Positions 1 to 7,849 of a DNA stretch of 43,546 nt are shown in pieces. Numbering within the stretch: position 1 is the stretch's first letter; every line of letters begins with the position of its first letter. The stretch is from positions 1 through 43,546 of IMG/VR virus record IMGVR_UViG_3300010052_000189, one strand, 5' to 3'. Source of the stretch: a virus. Lineage: Duplodnaviria > Caudoviricetes. Under the pieces are notes generated by a model. It was not told where the DNA came from. It made no database searches and worked only from the letters and a program-made list of their open reading frames with translations. Both the position numbers and the translations under genes were made by a program.

Positions 1-1320
1 TCAGGTGCCGGAAACCTGCTTTCCGCCGTTGATTTCGGAATGCTCTTCGACATTCTCGACGGCCGCTGCGCGGTAGGCGATGCGGCGGCGGGTGGCGGCG
101 AGGACGCGCTGCTGGGTGCGCTTGGCGTAGCCGTCATAAGCCTTCGACGAGTGCATGCTGAGGGCGCGGCCCTGGCCGTCCGTCAGCTCGGCTTCCTCGA
201 GCTCGGTCATGCCGCCGTGCCGGCAGGCATCGAGGCTGAAGGTCTTGGGCAGGTTGGCAGCGTCGGCGATCTCGCGCACCAGGTGGGCAAAGCGGGTCTG
301 CTCGTAGAGGGTGCCGTCCGGCCTCAGGATCATCGGAACGCCACGCTTGGGGAGCTTCTGCAGCACCGCCTCGGCATCCTCGTAGAACGGGGTGCCGTCA
401 TGGTCGGCGAGAGGATGCTGCACCGACTTGCGGGTCTTATGGTGCTCGATGCGGATGGTGCGGCCAGTCTCGTAACCGGTCCACCGGGTATAACCGCCGA
501 CGACGTTCTCGGGGCGCTGCAGCCACTCGAAACAGATCACCGCCGCGGCGCCCATCTCCGGCCGGCCGAGTTCGATCGCCTTCCATGCGAAGGCATAGAC
601 ATCGTCACGGCCATGCGCGGGCTTGGTGGCCTTGGTGTAGCTCACCAGCTGCACACCGGCCCACGGGTTGGGCACATCGGTGCGGAACTCGCGCGGGTGA
701 TAGGGCTGCATGATGCGCCAGGCGGTCTTCAGGTACATCATGGCCTTCTCGCCCTTGCGATAGAGGCCCTGCTTGATCGGCTCCGCTTTGGGGTCGAGCG
801 CCAACGCTTCGGCCGTGGCGGCTTCATCGACGGTTTCGGCGATCAGCCACTTGTACATCTTCTCCGCCGAGGCCGGCGTGACGCTAAAGACTGTCAGCTC
901 CCCGAACGTGCCACCGTTCTTGGTTTCGTAGCTGATGACCTCTTCGAAGGTCCGCTTGTAGTCTGGCCGCGAGCGCACGCCGACGCGGCGCTCGAACATC
1001 TCCGACTCGAAATAGGTCCAGAGCAGCCAGGCGACTGTGCCATGGGCGGCGTAGCGGCGGACCGGCGGCGCCTTGCCGTGACCGAAAGTGCCGCCGCCGT
1101 CGCGCCACTCGTCAAAGCGTTCATTGTGGGGGAGGGCTCGGGCGTCGAGTTCGACCTGGGTAAGGTCGATGCCGAGCGGCTGGCTCTCGAAGGGGAACTT
1201 ACGGTCGAGCTTGTCGGCCTGCTTCTTCCAGTAGGCGGGCGGCTCCCAGTAGAAACCGGTCTGCTTTTTGGCGAGGCGCTTGGCGCGGACGAAGCGGGGC
1301 AGCGCGATGCGCATGGTCAC
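1..1320 (-). CDS. int: Tyrosine recombinase / phage integrase
   Basis: C-terminal part of ORF 1..2055; GTG at 1320 overlaps the xis stop (ATG 1314 alternative); catalytic pattern QR-PEN, HHKT, DACRHGG, SMH, YDGY. Confidence 0.9.
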   Translation of the reverse strand: MTMRIALPRFVRAKRLAKKQTGFYWEPPAYWKKQADKLDRKFPFESQPLGIDLTQVELDARALPHNERFDEWRDGGGTFGHGKAPPVRRYAAHGTVAWLLWTYFESEMFERRVGVRSRPDYKRTFEEVISYETKNGGTFGELTVFSVTPASAEKMYKWLIAETVDEAATAEALALDPKAEPIKQGLYRKGEKAMMYLKTAWRIMQPYHPREFRTDVPNPWAGVQLVSYTKATKPAHGRDDVYAFAWKAIELGRPEMGAAAVICFEWLQRPENVVGGYTRWTGYETGRTIRIEHHKTRKSVQHPLADHDGTPFYEDAEAVLQKLPKRGVPMILRPDGTLYEQTRFAHLVREIADAANLPKTFSLDACRHGGMTELEEAELTDGQGRALSMHSSKAYDGYAKRTQQRVLAATRRRIAYRAAAVENVEEHSEINGGKQVSGT

Positions 1321-1559
1321 ATGACCTCGGCCGCGTCCTCGACGTCCAGCCCCGCCGATTGCACCACGCCGATCGCCCGATCGAGATCGTCCCTCAGCCA
1401 CAGTTTCCGCCTGCCATCGTTCACCCGTGGCTGAGGGTATTCCGAACCGACACGGCTTAGGAAGGCCTCTGCCGAGGGCTCTCCGCAGTAGCCGGCGGCG
1501 TAAGTTGCCGGCATGCGGCGCGGCCACGATCCGGCGGGGATGGCGGCGGGGCGGGTCAT
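1317..1559 (-). CDS. xis: Excisionase-like (AlpA-type winged HTH) protein, 80 aa
   Basis: MTRPAAIPAGSWPRRM..AAGYCG..YPQP..GRRKLWLRDDLD; directly upstream of int; ATGA overlap with the upstream stop. Confidence 0.75.
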   Translation of the reverse strand: MTRPAAIPAGSWPRRMPATYAAGYCGEPSAEAFLSRVGSEYPQPRVNDGRRKLWLRDDLDRAIGVVQSAGLDVEDAAEVM

Positions 1560-2560
1560 GCGGCTCTCGCGAGATCCGTGATCGGGAAGCCGTTGTGCTC
1601 GACGCCGTCGAGCAGGCGGCCGTTGGCTTTCTTGCCGTACCGCAGCACCCATGAACCATCATCAAATTGATGGAACAGGGAGCCGCCGGCTGAAATGATG
1701 GGCCCGGTGTCGGCCCACTCGCCCCACTGCTTGAACAGGAACGGCACGCCAGCGGCGGCGCATTGGTCGCGCAGGGAGCGGAACCAGTCCGGGTGCGACG
1801 GGCGGGCATGGGGGCCGCTCTCGCCGCCGGCGATGACCCAATCGAGTTTGGTGACGCGAGCGCCCGGGGCATGGGTACCGTCGTCGTTCCATCGGTCGAC
1901 GTAGGGCATGCCGCTTTCGAAGAACCGGCCGGCGAGTGCGTTGATGTGGACACCCGCGCGGTAGGATCCGGAAACCTGCGGGACCAGGCAGACCTTCGAG
2001 AGATCGATCGGTCCGAGCATCGGCTCGATCGAGACGAATCGCACCGCCGCGTCATGCTGCAGCAGGTGCGGGATGTTGCGGTCGGCGACCTCCTGGTTCT
2101 CGACCGTGGTGCCCAGCCAGACGTGGCGGCGGATGTTCTCCCAGGTCGGGGTGTCTGGCAGCATCTTCTCGATGTTCTGCGGGCGCTTGGTCAGCAGCAG
2201 CCAATCCATGGCCCAGCACCGCTCGATCAGGCTCCACAGGTCGTGCCGCCATTCGACCGGCACCTGGTTGTCGAACACGTCGGCGAGCGAGGCGCAGAAC
2301 ACCCGCCGGCGTCGGCCGGGGTCGACGCCGGAGAGCGCAGAGGTCGCGAGGTGGTGCTCGGCCTGGCGCTGCCAGCGCAGCGGCTGGGCCCAGTTGGCCG
2401 GCATGGTGCGGCGGCGGGGATGGTTGCCCCATTCGACCTGGCCGGAGCGCTTGGCCCAGCTCTCGGCATAGCAGTGGTCGCAGGCCGGGCTGATCTTGGT
2501 GCAGCCGACCCACGGGTTGAAGGTGCTGTCGCACCACTCGATGTTGGTGCTCTCGCTCAT
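1556..2560 (-). CDS. DUF5131 / phage Gp37-Gp68 family, radical-SAM-like protein
   Basis: IEWCDSTFNPWVGCTKISPACDHCYAE (Cx6CxxC), VFCASLADVFD, LLTKRP, SIEPMLGP, WVIAGGESG, PFLFKQWG. Confidence 0.9.
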   Translation of the reverse strand: MSESTNIEWCDSTFNPWVGCTKISPACDHCYAESWAKRSGQVEWGNHPRRRTMPANWAQPLRWQRQAEHHLATSALSGVDPGRRRRVFCASLADVFDNQVPVEWRHDLWSLIERCWAMDWLLLTKRPQNIEKMLPDTPTWENIRRHVWLGTTVENQEVADRNIPHLLQHDAAVRFVSIEPMLGPIDLSKVCLVPQVSGSYRAGVHINALAGRFFESGMPYVDRWNDDGTHAPGARVTKLDWVIAGGESGPHARPSHPDWFRSLRDQCAAAGVPFLFKQWGEWADTGPIISAGGSLFHQFDDGSWVLRYGKKANGRLLDGVEHNGFPITDLARAA

Positions 2561-3312
2561 GCAGCCTGCCTCGCCTGCTCGATGTTGCCGAGCTCAATGT
2601 CGAACGTGTAGGCCGCGACCCATGGGTTCGTCTCCCAAGAGCCGCGGCCATTGATCGAGTCCCACAGCGAGCGATAACTGCGGCGCGCGGGGGAGTTGGG
2701 GTCATTGACGTTGAAGCCGTCGCCGCCGCTGTAGTCTCGAAATGCGGTACCGCCGACGACGGCCAGTCGCTCGATGCCCTCGGCGCGGGCGTCGGCCTCG
2801 CTGATATCCTGCAGGCGCTGCACGCGCACCTCGACGACATGCAGGGTCAGCCGGCTCGCCCATTTCGGTTGATGGATGCCCGGGCGCCAGCCCTTGTCGG
2901 TGCCCTCCAGGTCGGCCGCCCAAACGGCGTACTTGCCCGGGTAGCGATCGTAGTCGAACGAAGGTCCGGCGCCTTCGTCGGGGCCCGTATAGGGCGGCTG
3001 CCACCGGTCATAGTTCGCCCGATAGCAGATCACCGGCCCGGCGTCAGAGGATGCATCGCACCAGGCCTCGCGCACATACAGACGGTCGCCGACGGCGAGG
3101 CGGAGACGCTTCAGCATCTCCCCGTTGCGCAGGTCGTGCCAGCGCATCGCTGCATCGCGGAAGTGCCAATCATAGCCGGCGGTGTCACTGGGGCCGAACT
3201 GGGTGAAGCTCCTATGCCCCTTGAGCTTGAGTATCCGTCGCGTCTGCGTCTTGGTGCCGGCGAGCAAGGCGCGGACCATCGGGCCGCTGAACAGGATGGG
3301 TTTGTCGCTCAT
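2557..3312 (-). CDS. ASCH/PUA-like phage protein, 251 aa
   Basis: MSDKPILFSGPMVRALLAGTKTQTRR, GDRLYVREAW, RVQRLQDISEADARAEG, WETNPWV; ATG 3312 overlaps the upstream stop. Confidence 0.75.
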   Translation of the reverse strand: MSDKPILFSGPMVRALLAGTKTQTRRILKLKGHRSFTQFGPSDTAGYDWHFRDAAMRWHDLRNGEMLKRLRLAVGDRLYVREAWCDASSDAGPVICYRANYDRWQPPYTGPDEGAGPSFDYDRYPGKYAVWAADLEGTDKGWRPGIHQPKWASRLTLHVVEVRVQRLQDISEADARAEGIERLAVVGGTAFRDYSGGDGFNVNDPNSPARRSYRSLWDSINGRGSWETNPWVAAYTFDIELGNIEQARQAA

Positions 3313-3875
3313 GCCACCAGCCTCTCGGGAAAGCCGAAGCGCGCGCTGGTGGCGTTGAACTTCTCGACCACGGCGGCGCCGAGGTCGATGCCGAAGTGCT
3401 CGGCCAGGTGGTCGGCGCAGTGCAGTACGTCGTTGGCCCACCGATGGCCGCCGATGCCATAAAGCTGATCGCCGGCGCAGGTGAACAGCCGGTTGCCGAG
3501 GCGCGACGGGGTGTCGGTCTGACGGTGCGGCTGTAGGCGCCGGCGGAACAGGTCGAAATCGTCGAGGACATAGCCGCCCAGCCGGCCGCCGAGCAGCTGA
3601 TCAGGTTCATCCCAGCCAAGGCAGATATCGAGGTAGATCATCACGTCGGCGAGCTCACCGCCGAGATCCGTGATCAGCTCGTCGCGGGTGCGGGTGTTGC
3701 CCGCAAGGCCGTCGCGATCGCGGTTGAGCTTCTTGACGACGTTCAGCGCCTCGCCGACCTCGCCGCCCAGGGCCAGCAGCCAATCGTCGTGCGACCAGGG
3801 CGGGGTGCCCTCGGGGTGCCAGCGGCGGCAGCGGGGCAGATTCTGCTCGCGCAGGTGGGCGAAGGTGAGGCTCAT
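3309..3875 (-). CDS. MazG-like nucleoside triphosphate pyrophosphohydrolase with internal insertion
   Basis: GGEVGEALNVVKKLNR..GGELADVMIYLD (ExxE..ExxD) and C-terminal GIDLGAAVVEKFN. Confidence 0.8.
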   Translation of the reverse strand: MSLTFAHLREQNLPRCRRWHPEGTPPWSHDDWLLALGGEVGEALNVVKKLNRDRDGLAGNTRTRDELITDLGGELADVMIYLDICLGWDEPDQLLGGRLGGYVLDDFDLFRRRLQPHRQTDTPSRLGNRLFTCAGDQLYGIGGHRWANDVLHCADHLAEHFGIDLGAAVVEKFNATSARFGFPERLVA

Positions 3876-4228
3876 TTCGACACCTTCCCATCGGCACGGT
3901 CGAGCCGCTCAATCGCGGCGATCGCCAGTGCGGCGGAGCGCACAAGGTCCTGCCGCTTGGTCTTGAGCTTGAACCAGCGATCGATGTCCCAGCTGCTCGG
4001 CCAGATGCAGCGCAGCATCCAGCGCAGGTGCGAGGTGCCTTGGTTAAGCTGCTGGCGATCGAAATCGTTGATAGAAGCGGCGAAGGCGTAGGCTGCCGCC
4101 GCGGCCGCGATCTCGCCGCGATTGTGCTCGTCGTCGTGGGCTTCGTCGAAGCCTTCGACCGCGATCTGGCGCCGGCGCTCGTCGAGCACGTCGATCATCG
4201 CCTGGCTGAAGGGGGCGGAGGCGCTCAC
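3872..4228 (-). CDS. Conserved phage early protein (ERRRQ..HDDEH..WP..W..LVRSAAL type), 118 aa
   Basis: GGAGG RBS then GTG at 4228; recurrent phage motif set. Confidence 0.7.
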   Translation of the reverse strand: MSASAPFSQAMIDVLDERRRQIAVEGFDEAHDDEHNRGEIAAAAAAYAFAASINDFDRQQLNQGTSHLRWMLRCIWPSSWDIDRWFKLKTKRQDLVRSAALAIAAIERLDRADGKVSK

Positions 4229-4344
4229 TTGTGCGCCTCCTTCAGGTGCTGCTTCAGGCCCTTGTCGCCATGCAGCTTCTTGCCGCAGTGCGGGCAAGGG
4301 GTGTGGGCGCGGCTCGAGGCGCGCGACTTGGTGCGAGGCTTCAA
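4225..4344 (-). CDS. 39-aa C2H2 zinc-finger mini-protein (not in ORF track)
   Basis: AGGAG RBS, TTG start overlapping upstream TGA; MKPRTKSRASSRAHTPCPHCGKKLHGDKGLKQHLKEAHK = C-x2-C-x12-H-x4-H; stop overlaps the next GTG. Confidence 0.75.
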   Translation of the reverse strand: MKPRTKSRASSRAHTPCPHCGKKLHGDKGLKQHLKEAHK

Positions 4345-4556
4345 AGGTCGACTCCTGTGACCTGATCGGATTTCGGGGCGAGGGCGGCGTCGGCCGCGTC
4401 GAGGATGTCGCCGATGCTGGCCGTGCCGAGTTCGGCGAAGCGCTCGGTGAAGGTGACCTGGTCGCCTTCACGCGCCCGGCCGGCGCCGACTATGGCGACG
4501 AGAGCGCCGGTGACGAGCAACAGGGCGCGGTGCGGATCCGGACGGGACGCGCTCAT
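4341..4556 (-). CDS. Hypothetical early protein, 71 aa
   Basis: MSASRPDPHR..; coupled by start/stop overlaps on both sides. Confidence 0.6.
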   Translation of the reverse strand: MSASRPDPHRALLLVTGALVAIVGAGRAREGDQVTFTERFAELGTASIGDILDAADAALAPKSDQVTGVDL

Positions 4557-4780
4557 CACGCGACCTCGTCGAGCTGCAGCAGATGGTTGGCCTCTGCGGC
4601 ATCGAGGACGCGCGGTACGGCGCCGGGATGGAGGATGAACAGCCAGCTGTCGCCGACGACGAACATGCGGGGGTAGGGCGCTTCGGCCTTCACCCGCTCG
4701 GCGCGGCGGCGAACGCGATCGGCAATGTTCAGGGCGGCGCCCAGCGCGCCGGGATCGATGACGAAATCCTGGCGCATCAC
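4556..4780 (-). CDS. Hypothetical early protein, 74 aa
   Basis: Fits the coupled operon chain. Confidence 0.6.
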   Translation of the reverse strand: MMRQDFVIDPGALGAALNIADRVRRRAERVKAEAPYPRMFVVGDSWLFILHPGAVPRVLDAAEANHLLQLDEVA

Positions 4781-5277
4781 AGCCTCGCCGGCAGCGGGGC
4801 GCGGGCGAGGCGTGAGGCGAGGCCGGTGCAGAGCTTCGGCCAGATGCGCGCCAGTGCATCCTCGTTGAACTCGGGCCGGGCCCGCAGCTTCACCACCAGG
4901 CGGTCGAACAGCGGGCCGTGCAGGCCGATGGCCTCGGCAATCAACTCTTCGTCGGTGGGCTTGGGCGGCGCTTCGACCTGGCGGACGAAGCCGAGGTTGG
5001 CGAGGCGCTTGGCCGTCGGGCCAAGCTGCTGCTGCTCGTGGGTCGAGAACCCTTCGATGAGCAACGTGGTTTCGGTGCAGCCGTCGGGGTGCTCGGCGTG
5101 GAGCCGCAACATTGCATCGGCCATCTCGCGGGTGCGCCGGTCGGCCGTTTCAACGATGCGGGAAACGTCGGGGTAAGTCGGCCGGGGCAGGACGCTATAG
5201 TGGTCGGCCGCTCGCATAGAGGCTCGCGACTCGACAGTGGCGCCGGCGTGGTCTGATGCAAACATCGTGCGCTCCAT
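4777..5277 (-). CDS. Hypothetical protein, first gene of the leftward early operon
   Basis: Directly downstream of the predicted pL; start could be a later ATG. Confidence 0.6.
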   Translation of the reverse strand: MERTMFASDHAGATVESRASMRAADHYSVLPRPTYPDVSRIVETADRRTREMADAMLRLHAEHPDGCTETTLLIEGFSTHEQQQLGPTAKRLANLGFVRQVEAPPKPTDEELIAEAIGLHGPLFDRLVVKLRARPEFNEDALARIWPKLCTGLASRLARAPLPARL

Positions 5278-5294
5278 CGGTAAGAGATGAAGCG

Positions 5295-5347
5295 AGAGTA
5301 ATGCGAGATATTTTACGCGTCAATCGGCAGTGCGAGAAATCTCTCTC
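5295..5347 (-). promoter_or_regulatory. pL-like sigma70 promoter with two putative repressor operators (OL)
   Basis: Minus strand TTGACG(5323-5318)-17 nt-TACTCT(5300-5295); GCGAGATATTTTACGC (5303-5318) and GCGAGAAATCTCTCTC (5332-5347) resemble sites between cI and cro. Confidence 0.75.
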
Positions 5348-5362
5348 ACTGCGGCAGGGCCC

Positions 5363-5836
5363 TCATGCCTTCTGCCGATATCGGCCGAAATCCTCCTGAG
5401 CTCGGTGCTCGCGGGCCACGCGCGCCAGCTCCACAGTGACCACTCGGCGGCCAACCGGCCACAGCGAGATACCGGCCAGTTTGAACGCCTGCAGCCCAAA
5501 GGGAATGCCGATCAGGGTGATGCAGAACACGATGCCCAACAGGACATAGGACATGCAAAGCACCAGGCCGAACGTGACCGCCCATAGGACGTTGAAAACA
5601 AAGCCGATGGTGCCGGTAAAAGCGGTCGCTGCGTCGAGTTCCCGCCCGTCGAGTTCCCGGACGTGCACCACTTCACGCCCAAAGGGCCATGCCGAGAGCT
5701 TGGCCATCTCAATGGCCGACCGCGTCAGCGGCAAGCCGATAATCGAGATGGCGAAGACCGCCGCACCGAGCAGCCAGAACAAAGCGGTGACGGCACCGCC
5801 AAAGATGAACCAGATTACATTTCCTGCGAACCGCAT
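5363..5836 (-). CDS. yccF: YccF-family (duplicated DUF307) inner-membrane protein
   Basis: Two repeats: NVIWFIFGG..ISIIGLP..KLSAWPFGR and NVLWAVTFG..ITLIGIPFG..ISLWPVGR. Confidence 0.88.
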   Translation of the reverse strand: MRFAGNVIWFIFGGAVTALFWLLGAAVFAISIIGLPLTRSAIEMAKLSAWPFGREVVHVRELDGRELDAATAFTGTIGFVFNVLWAVTFGLVLCMSYVLLGIVFCITLIGIPFGLQAFKLAGISLWPVGRRVVTVELARVAREHRAQEDFGRYRQKA

Positions 5837-5866
5837 GCGCTGAGCCCCCTCTTTGCGCGAGACGAT

Positions 5867-6568
5867 CTAGGTACCGTAGAGATCTACGTCGTTCATCACC
5901 TTGTGAACGGTGACGCCCGGCCGAATGATGAAGTCAATGGTGGCCGGCGGATTGTACTGCTGAGCGCGGATCGTCGTGCTGGTGATCTTCACCAGGCGTT
6001 TCACGAAAGCCCTGCTGTCCCCGTTATTCGAGTCCGGTTCCTGGATGACGACATAGTCGCCGCCGAGGGGCTTGCGATGGGGGTGCACGAAGATGATGTC
6101 GCCCGGCTCATACTTGGGGCTCATCGAGTCGCCCTCGACATAGAGCGCGTAGACACCCGGGGCACCGATCAACCCATACGGGCGCCGAGCATAGTCGACC
6201 ACGTCGGTGGTCAACTGGAAAGCGCCCTTGCCGAGTTCCGAGCCCGCGGCGGTGCCAAGCACAGGTACATCCTTGGCGCCGTCGAACCGGCCGCCGAATT
6301 GATCGGCCGGACGAACTTCGGTCGGCTGCTTCGCGACCTCCGCCGCCACGGTGACGTTGTCGGCCGTGCCGTTGAGCAACCATTGCTCGGTTGTCTGCAA
6401 TACGTGCGCCAGCTTCGTGATGGTGTCGCTGCGCGGGTTGACGCTCTTGCCGGTGCGGATCATCCGGATCGTCGCATCGCTGCCGGTCGCCGCGATCGAC
6501 GCGGCCCGTTCGGAAATGTTGAGCGCGTCGAGACGCTGCTGGATGCGATCGGCTAGGGTTTCTGGCAT
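5867..6568 (-). CDS. cI: CI-like repressor (XRE HTH + S24 autopeptidase)
   Basis: N-terminal HTH; AAG cleavage site; VEGDSMSP serine and FVKRL lysine; divergent from cro. Confidence 0.92.
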   Translation of the reverse strand: MPETLADRIQQRLDALNISERAASIAATGSDATIRMIRTGKSVNPRSDTITKLAHVLQTTEQWLLNGTADNVTVAAEVAKQPTEVRPADQFGGRFDGAKDVPVLGTAAGSELGKGAFQLTTDVVDYARRPYGLIGAPGVYALYVEGDSMSPKYEPGDIIFVHPHRKPLGGDYVVIQEPDSNNGDSRAFVKRLVKITSTTIRAQQYNPPATIDFIIRPGVTVHKVMNDVDLYGT

Positions 6569-6655
6569 GCGAGAAATATATCCTGTTTACGCGGGATATG
6601 CCTCAGAGAAATATCTCTTGACGACGCGAGATATGCCTCGCATAAATCTCGCATG
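6566..6655. promoter_or_regulatory. OR region: divergent pR/pRM with multiple 16-bp operators
   Basis: GCGAGAAATATATCCT 6569, GCGGGATATGCCTCAG 6591, CAGAGAAATATCTCTT 6604, GCGAGATATGCCTCGC 6626; TTGACG at 6618-6623. Confidence 0.75.
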
Positions 6656-6931
6656 CTCACTCTGTGCGAAAAGCTGATCCGGACCGCCGACGCGTACTGC
6701 GCCCACGTGCGCCGCAGTCGCTCACGCATCTCAACCATCATCTTCGGCGACGGGCTGCGGCTCGATGGAATTGCGCAAGGCAAGGACATCCAGACCCGCA
6801 ACTACGAGAAGGCGATGCTGTGGTTCGCCTCGAACTGGCCGGAAGCATTGGCTTGGCCGGCAGGTATCGAGCGGCCGGAGCTTGAAACGGCAGGGCAGGT
6901 TGTCGAACCGGCCGAGGGAGCAGCGGCATGA
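6653..6931 (+). CDS. cro: Cro-like HTH regulator
   Basis: Small, divergent from cI; SRISTIIFGDG..YEKAMLWFASNWP..WPAGIERP pattern of alphaproteobacterial phage Cro-like proteins. Confidence 0.75.
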   Translation: MLTLCEKLIRTADAYCAHVRRSRSRISTIIFGDGLRLDGIAQGKDIQTRNYEKAMLWFASNWPEALAWPAGIERPELETAGQVVEPAEGAAA

Positions 6932-7065
6932 ACCGGTCGCACATCCCACTGCGCTACCTGCGCAAGCCCTACCGCATGACGCCGCTCGAGCTGGCGCTGC
7001 TCTCAATCCCCGTGCTGGCGATCGTGATTGCCGCGGCCGGCGCCTGGCTGGGGTGGTCACCATGA
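6928..7065 (+). CDS. 45-aa single-pass membrane protein (not in ORF track)
   Basis: ATGA overlap with cro; MNRSHIPLRYLRKPYRMTPLELALLSIPVLAIVIAAAGAWLGWSP. Confidence 0.55.
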   Translation: MNRSHIPLRYLRKPYRMTPLELALLSIPVLAIVIAAAGAWLGWSP

Positions 7066-7105
7066 ATATAGATCCGGGGGCAGGGCGGCATGCAGCCCAG
7101 GGTGG

Positions 7106-7242
7106 CGTGGAGGGTTTCCTCCTCCCTCTCTCCACGATGCTCGCGCACCGGACGCACCCGCTCTCCAACCTCCTCGCGGAGAGCGGGTGCACCCTTTCCG
7201 AAAGCGCGCGGCGAGCGGAGGTCTGCTCGTCGCTCCGTTCGC
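7106..7242 (+). ncRNA. Cuckoo-like (CCUCCUCCC anti-Shine-Dalgarno loop) multi-hairpin RNA
   Basis: Stem 7106-7114/7128-7136 with loop TTTCCTCCTCCCT; perfect 13-bp stem 7154-7166/7178-7190 with loop AACCTCCTCGC; third stem 7211-7220/7233-7242. Confidence 0.6.
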
Positions 7243-7381
7243 GCAGCCGGAATCCATCGCAAAGGCCGCGTGACGCCGCGTCCTTCTCAGTCATCGCTCG
7301 AGCCCCCAAGCCCGTGGTCAACGCCGCCTGTGTCGCAGCTTTGCGGCCGTCCTTCATGCGGCACGCCGGTGGAGTTTTGCC

Positions 7382-7849
7382 ATGCAGGTGAACCCGAGCG
7401 CCCTGAAGGCTGCCACGCGCCGGCTGATCGAGGCCTGTGGCGGGCAGGAAAGCGCGGTGCTGATCCCCGGCATGCCGATCACACGGCACCAGAGCTTTTC
7501 GGAGGCGGGCAATGCCGCCCAGCCCGACCGGTTCCTGCGGATCGACGTCGCGGCGATGCTGGAGGCCGATTGCGGCAAGCCGCTGGTAACGGCCGAACTG
7601 GCGCGCGCCACTGGCCATGTGTTGGTGCCGCTGCCGGCAATCGCGGCGCAACGCAGCCCGCTGGGCCGGATCACCGCGCAGGCGATGAAGGAAACCAGCG
7701 AAGTTTTCGCCCGGCTCGGTGGCTACCTCGAGGATGGCACGCTCAGCTACGCCGAGGGCAAGCAACTCGACATCGAGATCGATGAAGCGATCGAGAAGCT
7801 GCTGGCGCTCAAGGCGCAGGTCGACTTCGAGGCGGGGAGGGAGCAATGA
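7382..7849 (+). CDS. CII-like phage regulatory protein
   Basis: LKAATRRLIEACGG..IDVAAMLEADCGKPLVTAELARATGHVLVPLP; position after cro. Confidence 0.7.
   Translation: MQVNPSALKAATRRLIEACGGQESAVLIPGMPITRHQSFSEAGNAAQPDRFLRIDVAAMLEADCGKPLVTAELARATGHVLVPLPAIAAQRSPLGRITAQAMKETSEVFARLGGYLEDGTLSYAEGKQLDIEIDEAIEKLLALKAQVDFEAGREQ

Noticed and set aside
200-240. Integrase DACRH instead of HxxRH as a sign of inactivation
   Set aside because: The other catalytic residues are present and the first His is the most variable position in tyrosine recombinases
40-1434. 464-aa plus-strand ORF
   Set aside because: Antisense shadow of the integrase with no motifs; such ORFs are common in high-GC DNA
1321-2055. 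N-terminal ~245 aa of the 684-aa ORF as part of the integrase
   Set aside because: Overlaps xis and DUF5131 in other frames and reads as low-complexity GC-rich shadow; the coupled start is at 1320/1314
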